Virus record (IMG/VR): IMGVR_UViG_3300042302_000394
Location: 1 to 64,000 of that record
Length of the DNA: 64,000 nt
Reading direction: 5' to 3' (one strand)
Position 1 is the first letter of the stretch. Every line of letters starts with the position of its first letter. This document shows, one piece after another, positions 60,343 through 64,000 of the stretch. The notes beneath the pieces are model-generated. The model saw only the letters and a program-made list of their open reading frames with translations, did not search any database and was not told the origin of the DNA. A program made the position numbers and the translations under genes.

Positions 60343-60381
60343 ATTATACAAGAAAAAACCAACCCTGTCAAGAGTTGGTTT
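60343..60381 (-). terminator. Terminator whose loop is the -35 box of the rIIA promoter
   Basis: AAACCAACTC-TTGACA-GGGTTGGTTT-TTT; TTGACA, 17 nt, TATAAT (60343-48). Confidence 0.78.
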
Positions 60382-60388
60382 GTCCAAA

Positions 60389-60592
60389 TTATCTACCCAC
60401 TGCAATCAATCGAATTCGTAATGCGTTCAAACTTGACTGGATGGTCATAAGTTCTGCCAACGCCTTAGTGTAGTGACCGTTAGGATGTTTATCATGTCCC
60501 AGTTTACGATCTACGCCTAGAGCCATTTTTACACTGGCAATGGCTGTGTCAACTGCTTCAATTCTTGCTTCGAGTTTTTCTAAATCTGTCAT
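60389..60592 (-). CDS. Small coiled-coil protein
   Basis: Coupled ORF. Confidence 0.55.
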   Translation of the reverse strand: MTDLEKLEARIEAVDTAIASVKMALGVDRKLGHDKHPNGHYTKALAELMTIQSSLNALRIRLIAVGR

Positions 60593-60798
60593 TTTCTTTT
60601 TCCAATCTTGTCTACAACATCGGCCTTGCTCTGTAGCAGTTGGGCACGGAAGCGACGATAAACTCGCAGTGAAGCGACACTCATAGGATCTTCCTTGCCC
60701 TCCAACTCTGCTATCTTAGCATCCAGTTCGGCTTCGTGGGCACGATGACGTTCGACATCTGCCTTGAGCCCTTTCGCATCACCCCAGAAGAATTTCAT
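60589..60798 (-). CDS. Small coiled-coil protein
   Basis: Coupled ORF. Confidence 0.55.
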   Translation of the reverse strand: MKFFWGDAKGLKADVERHRAHEAELDAKIAELEGKEDPMSVASLRVYRRFRAQLLQSKADVVDKIGKRK

Positions 60799-60799
60799 A

Positions 60800-61093
60800 T
60801 CATCCCCACTTTAAAATAAAGAACACAGCGTCCTTTTCGTTTTTAAATCTATACTCAAAGGGTCCAGTACTCCAGCGAGGATTATTATATCCTTCGTTTC
60901 TGTGTCCGAAATACTTTGAGCACCATGCCATCATCTCATCCTTTTCTTCCCACCAATCACCGCCTGAATAATACACAGTGTATTTCTGGGGAGCAAGTTC
61001 TTCTCGAACCCGCAGTTCTAAACTACGGGGCCGTTTAGTAAACCAGTTCATAGGAGTATGCGGATAAAAACTATTAACGTCTAAATCAATCAT
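60800..61093 (-). CDS. Hypothetical protein (FxLKW family)
   Basis: WC..YFG...RW...FKNEKDAVFFILKWG. Confidence 0.6.
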   Translation of the reverse strand: MIDLDVNSFYPHTPMNWFTKRPRSLELRVREELAPQKYTVYYSGGDWWEEKDEMMAWCSKYFGHRNEGYNNPRWSTGPFEYRFKNEKDAVFFILKWG

Positions 61094-61626
61094 ACACCTA
61101 CGAACCGGCTGGCTTCGGCGTGCAACCCTGCGTCACCCTTGGTCATCACAGCCAACAACAATCTCTTTTCCTCCAAGTAGGTCTTGGCGAAAGCAGGATC
61201 GTGAGCCATGATGCTACGGCTGTTGCTGATCAAATCTGCCAACTTGATGGTCTGTGCTTCGGCGGGCGCTCTTGCAGTATGCTCACGGTCTATTGCCTTG
61301 CGGTGGGCACGATTGCCATCATGCGGTTGGCTAACATCAGTCAACCATCCAACCAAGGTAGCAACATCGATACCAAAGGCCATGTGGATGTCAGTGTATG
61401 TGCAACCAGTGTCTTCCACAACATCATGCAACCAAGCAGCCGCAACCATATCAGGAGTGCTACCCGGAACGCCTGCTACGATCTTGGCAACTTCAGCCGG
61501 GTGGACAATGTAGGGTTCGTTAGTGTACTTACGCCTCTGTCCAACTGCGGCGTGAGCAGCCATGGCATAGACTTGCGCCTTACGGACTACATCAAATCCG
61601 CTGAGATCCATTGTAAAATCTTCCAT
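61090..61626 (-). CDS. Mesh1/SpoT-like HD-domain small alarmone hydrolase
   Basis: AH...QRRK...PYIVHP, AAWLHDVVEDT, V..LTD, IKLAD..N. Confidence 0.85.
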   Translation of the reverse strand: MEDFTMDLSGFDVVRKAQVYAMAAHAAVGQRRKYTNEPYIVHPAEVAKIVAGVPGSTPDMVAAAWLHDVVEDTGCTYTDIHMAFGIDVATLVGWLTDVSQPHDGNRAHRKAIDREHTARAPAEAQTIKLADLISNSRSIMAHDPAFAKTYLEEKRLLLAVMTKGDAGLHAEASRFVGV

Positions 61627-61652
61627 GCTGCTCTCCTTGTTAATAAGTATAT

Positions 61653-61681
61653 ATTATAGCATGGATTTACCATGCTGTCAA
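61653..61681 (-). promoter_or_regulatory. Sigma70-type promoter with inverted repeat in spacer; -35 contains the upstream stop
   Basis: TTGACA, 17 nt, TATAAT; AGCATGG-N5-CCATGCT. Confidence 0.78.
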
Positions 61682-61908
61682 CCGGAAGTTTTAACCACTT
61701 CCAGGATGGTAATTTCTACTACTAAATGCTTACGCAGTAGCATGAACTTTTTGAACTTGGCTTCTATGTCCGCCTGAATGTACTCGTCATGGTAAGGCAT
61801 AGTAGCAACGTCCTCATAGGGTTCATCGTTTTCGTTTAACGCTATGAAACTGAGCTTCACTGTGCCCTGTTCGGGCTCTTTGAACATTTTAACAAATTTG
61901 TTGAACAT
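61678..61908 (-). CDS. Hypothetical protein
   Basis: TAAATA 5 nt upstream. Confidence 0.55.
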   Translation of the reverse strand: MFNKFVKMFKEPEQGTVKLSFIALNENDEPYEDVATMPYHDEYIQADIEAKFKKFMLLRKHLVVEITILEVVKTSG

Positions 61909-61916
61909 GCAAATAT

Positions 61917-62462
61917 TTAGTGATGCCCTTTAATTTCGTTATCTTTAATCATACGAACTGCCCGATCCATGGAGATTACAATTTCCCCAGTTGAGTCCAT
62001 ACCCACATCCATGCAACGATATTTTTCCATGCCTGTAGTGCCACCGTGCAAGTGACCGTGAAAGTGCAGAGAACCACGATGCATCTGATCCCATTCATAG
62101 ATAGGATAGTGAAACATCACGCACTTGTGGCCATCATAGGTGATATCCAAATACTTATGTACTTCAACAAATGCATCGCGGAATGTTACATCCATTAGGG
62201 TCTTGCGGTCATGGTTGCCTTCTACAAGGATCTTATCTCCGTTCAACCGATTCATCATTCGTCCAGCATCACTTCCTGACATAAACGCTACATCGCCTAA
62301 GATGTAGACTAAATCACCCGGCTCTACTTTGTCGTTCCATTCTTCCGCCATTGCGTTATTCATATAAGCAACATCGTCACGAAATCGTGCCCGTGTTTGC
62401 GGACAGAACTTCATAATGTTCTTGTGCCCGAAATGGAGATCCGAAGTAATCCAAGTTTTCAT
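61917..62462 (-). CDS. Calcineurin-like metallophosphoesterase
   Basis: SDLHFGH, LGD, GNHD, HYP, HGHLH, DVG. Confidence 0.9.
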   Translation of the reverse strand: MKTWITSDLHFGHKNIMKFCPQTRARFRDDVAYMNNAMAEEWNDKVEPGDLVYILGDVAFMSGSDAGRMMNRLNGDKILVEGNHDRKTLMDVTFRDAFVEVHKYLDITYDGHKCVMFHYPIYEWDQMHRGSLHFHGHLHGGTTGMEKYRCMDVGMDSTGEIVISMDRAVRMIKDNEIKGHH

Positions 62463-62472
62463 ATTATTTCCT

Positions 62473-62501
62473 ATTATACAGCCAGTGACCTATACCGTCA
62501 A
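62473..62501 (-). promoter_or_regulatory. Sigma70-type promoter; -35 contains the upstream stop
   Basis: TTGACG, 17 nt, TATAAT; overlapped by a GCCAGT(T)GAC/GTCACTGGC repeat. Confidence 0.7.
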
Positions 62502-62962
62502 CTGGCATACCAAATTTCTTTAAACCCTTCTTCCTCAGTGGGCTCTTCCCAACTGGCAATCATGCTGGCAATAACATGATCCGGAATCTCTTTGCCAGGG
62601 CGGCTCATCAATCGGCGCATAAGTTCTTTGTGTTCAGGTGTCTTAAACACTATTGCAATATGCTCATAGTCAGGTAACATGTTAAACTTGCGAGTACGAC
62701 TTGCAAGAGTAGTACTAGTTTGATCCCAGATAATATCTCGATTCATTTCACGAGCCGCAACAACTTCCTTGGCCATAAGGTCTACAGCAGTGGGCATAAA
62801 GTCTACAAACACTTCGCTGTAGGTGCGTCCTACTTCCTTTGCGTAGATTTCAACCCACTTGTCTGTGCTAATACAAGAGCAGGTCAACGCCCAGTCTTGT
62901 TCAGCCACCCAAGTACTTTTACCTGAACCAGGCACTCCAATCAATTGATAACATTTTGCCAT
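62498..62962 (-). CDS. P-loop kinase (polynucleotide-kinase-like, AAA_33)
   Basis: GVPGSGKST, ISTD, WDQTS, RxxxR lid. Confidence 0.82.
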   Translation of the reverse strand: MAKCYQLIGVPGSGKSTWVAEQDWALTCSCISTDKWVEIYAKEVGRTYSEVFVDFMPTAVDLMAKEVVAAREMNRDIIWDQTSTTLASRTRKFNMLPDYEHIAIVFKTPEHKELMRRLMSRPGKEIPDHVIASMIASWEEPTEEEGFKEIWYAS

Positions 62963-63430
62963 TTAATCTACACTCCTAAAAGTTCGCCAATCGTCTATGT
63001 TTGGCTTTTCATCTTCATCATATGTCCAACCCAAAGCCTTCATCATGCGATGCTTGACCAATAGGTTGGGGCTACGGAATCTACCTGTGTCTTCAAAGCC
63101 CATCATAACACCAACTTCGCAAACTGCACCACTGCGGCAAATACCCGCATAGCAGTGAACAACTACATTCATACGGTTGTCCTTTGCGTGTTGCAACAGT
63201 CGAACAAGCTCGTTAGCCTGCTCTTGACTACATTTCATTGCTTCTTCCAACACTTCGTCCTTGGCCTCTACGTCCAAAAACTCAAAGTTGTGTTGCTCTT
63301 TAAACTTGTGAGCAGGCACAGGGCGCCAGCTGGCCGGATCAACAATGCTGATCAGCATACTGTTCTCACCTGCCTCATGATGAAACCTTGTGGGTATATC
63401 AGCGGCCGCTACGTTTTCAATCCATGGCAT
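62963..63430 (-). CDS. Cys-based phosphatase (PTP/DSP-like, CX5R)
   Basis: VHCYAGICRSGAV. Confidence 0.85.
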   Translation of the reverse strand: MPWIENVAAADIPTRFHHEAGENSMLISIVDPASWRPVPAHKFKEQHNFEFLDVEAKDEVLEEAMKCSQEQANELVRLLQHAKDNRMNVVVHCYAGICRSGAVCEVGVMMGFEDTGRFRSPNLLVKHRMMKALGWTYDEDEKPNIDDWRTFRSVD

Positions 63431-63453
63431 TTTATTCTCCTGCGCATTATATA

Positions 63454-63482
63454 ATTATAGCATCACTTTACCATTTTGTCAA
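63454..63482 (-). promoter_or_regulatory. Sigma70-type promoter, back-to-back with a plus-strand TAAATA (63488-93)
   Basis: TTGACA, 17 nt, TATAAT. Confidence 0.72.
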
Positions 63483-63498
63483 GCCAGTAAATAATGTT

Positions 63499-63711
63499 AT
63501 GTCCACCCAAAAAACTCGCCTAGAAAAAAAAGCTGACGATATATTTGAGTTGCTGGATCATTATGTTTATCCCACAACGGGCGAAACACTGGCAGCTCAA
63601 AAGGGTTTGATGGTAGGCTGGTTAGCTAGACTGGCAACTACTGACTGGACAGTTGCAGAAGAATTAGAAAGACGATTACATCTTGCTCGGAAACAAAAAG
63701 GTAAAATTTGA
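63499..63711 (+). CDS. Hypothetical late protein (start MSTQK at 63499)
   Basis: TAAATA, 5 nt, ATG. Confidence 0.5.
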   Translation: MSTQKTRLEKKADDIFELLDHYVYPTTGETLAAQKGLMVGWLARLATTDWTVAEELERRLHLARKQKGKI

Positions 63712-63747
63712 ATTTTATACCCTCTAATTTTAGAAATAAATATAATT

Positions 63748-64000
63748 ATGAGATGTTTCTATAAATTAAAAATTAATAATCTAGAATCTATACAGGCACA
63801 CGCATTATCTAAAATATCTGAAGAAGATCTTAATTTGATGCCAACTAGATTATTTTATCCAGAATATAATTTTTTAGATGATCAAGATCTCTTATGTGCG
63901 TTAAATCAATACGGGTTGACAAATTATATACATAATGTTGCTCTTTTTGTTCTCAATTCAGGAGGCATAAGCCCTATTCATGTCGACGGGGATAATGACT
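63748..64000 (+). CDS. Partial hypothetical protein (possible 2OG-oxygenase/cupin: PIHVD)
   Basis: TAAATA, 5 nt, ATG; open to the window end. Confidence 0.45.
   Translation, partial: MRCFYKLKINNLESIQAHALSKISEEDLNLMPTRLFYPEYNFLDDQDLLCALNQYGLTNYIHNVALFVLNSGGISPIHVDGDND

Noticed and set aside
59036-61659. Plus-strand ORFs of 100-180 aa antisense to rIIA and the HD hydrolase
   Set aside because: Fully overlap well-supported minus-strand genes, have no recognisable motifs, and are typical antisense shadows of biased codon usage.
1-64000. Bacterial chromosome or prophage origin suggested by clpA, clpP, def, folE and phoH
   Set aside because: These genes are interspersed with tail fibres, a lysis cassette, rIIAB, a gp44-like clamp loader and T4-like late promoters; no integrase, rRNA or bacterial operon structure.
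1-64000. Stop-codon reassignment as seen in some large phages
   Set aside because: Long conserved genes are intact in the standard code, and TAA, TGA and TAG all occur as genuine ends.
1-64000. tRNA genes, self-splicing introns, inteins or a diversity-generating retroelement
   Set aside because: No cloverleaf/T-loop signatures seen in the gaps, no interrupted conserved genes, no reverse transcriptase or adenine-specific repeat pair. This was by eye only; tRNAscan/Infernal were not run.

Overview
64-kb fragment of a large (jumbo-type) lytic tailed dsDNA phage. It is densely coded, almost all on the minus strand, and uses the standard genetic code. A Gram-negative host is inferred from the two-component spanins and sigma70-type promoters. 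1-13 kb: late/virion genes (NTase-fold protein, Mtd-N fibre, LamG protein, 2206-aa collagen/beta-propeller fibre) plus a fatty-acid desaturase and a QueC-like operon. 13-27 kb: ClpA, peptide deformylase, DnaJ, a 7-gene lysis cassette (GH19 endolysin, spanins, holin-like proteins), PhoH, clamp loader, GroES and a free-standing DnaE fragment. 27-34 kb: collagen-repeat fibres. 34-56 kb: UvsE, nucleotide-sugar enzymes, glycosyltransferases, 2OG-Fe(II) oxygenases, QueD-like, FolE, ClpP, YccA, PBP7-like peptidase and many small ORFs. 56-64 kb: SPFH, rIIA/rIIB, Mesh1-like HD hydrolase, phosphoesterase, kinase and CX5R phosphatase. Most notable observations: (1) a preQ1-I-like H-type pseudoknot plus an SD-sequestering hairpin in the queD leader (candidate phage deazaguanine riboswitch), echoed in the folE leader; (2) a compact regulatory grammar in which upstream stop codons form part of the -35 box or the TAAATA late promoter, terminator loops are -35 boxes, and many mRNAs appear leaderless; (3) a DnaE half-enzyme ending just before the catalytic aspartates; (4) two lysis membrane proteins sharing a C-terminal tag; (5) an RMF-like domain fused to rIIB. 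All product calls come from motif recognition by eye; no database search was run.
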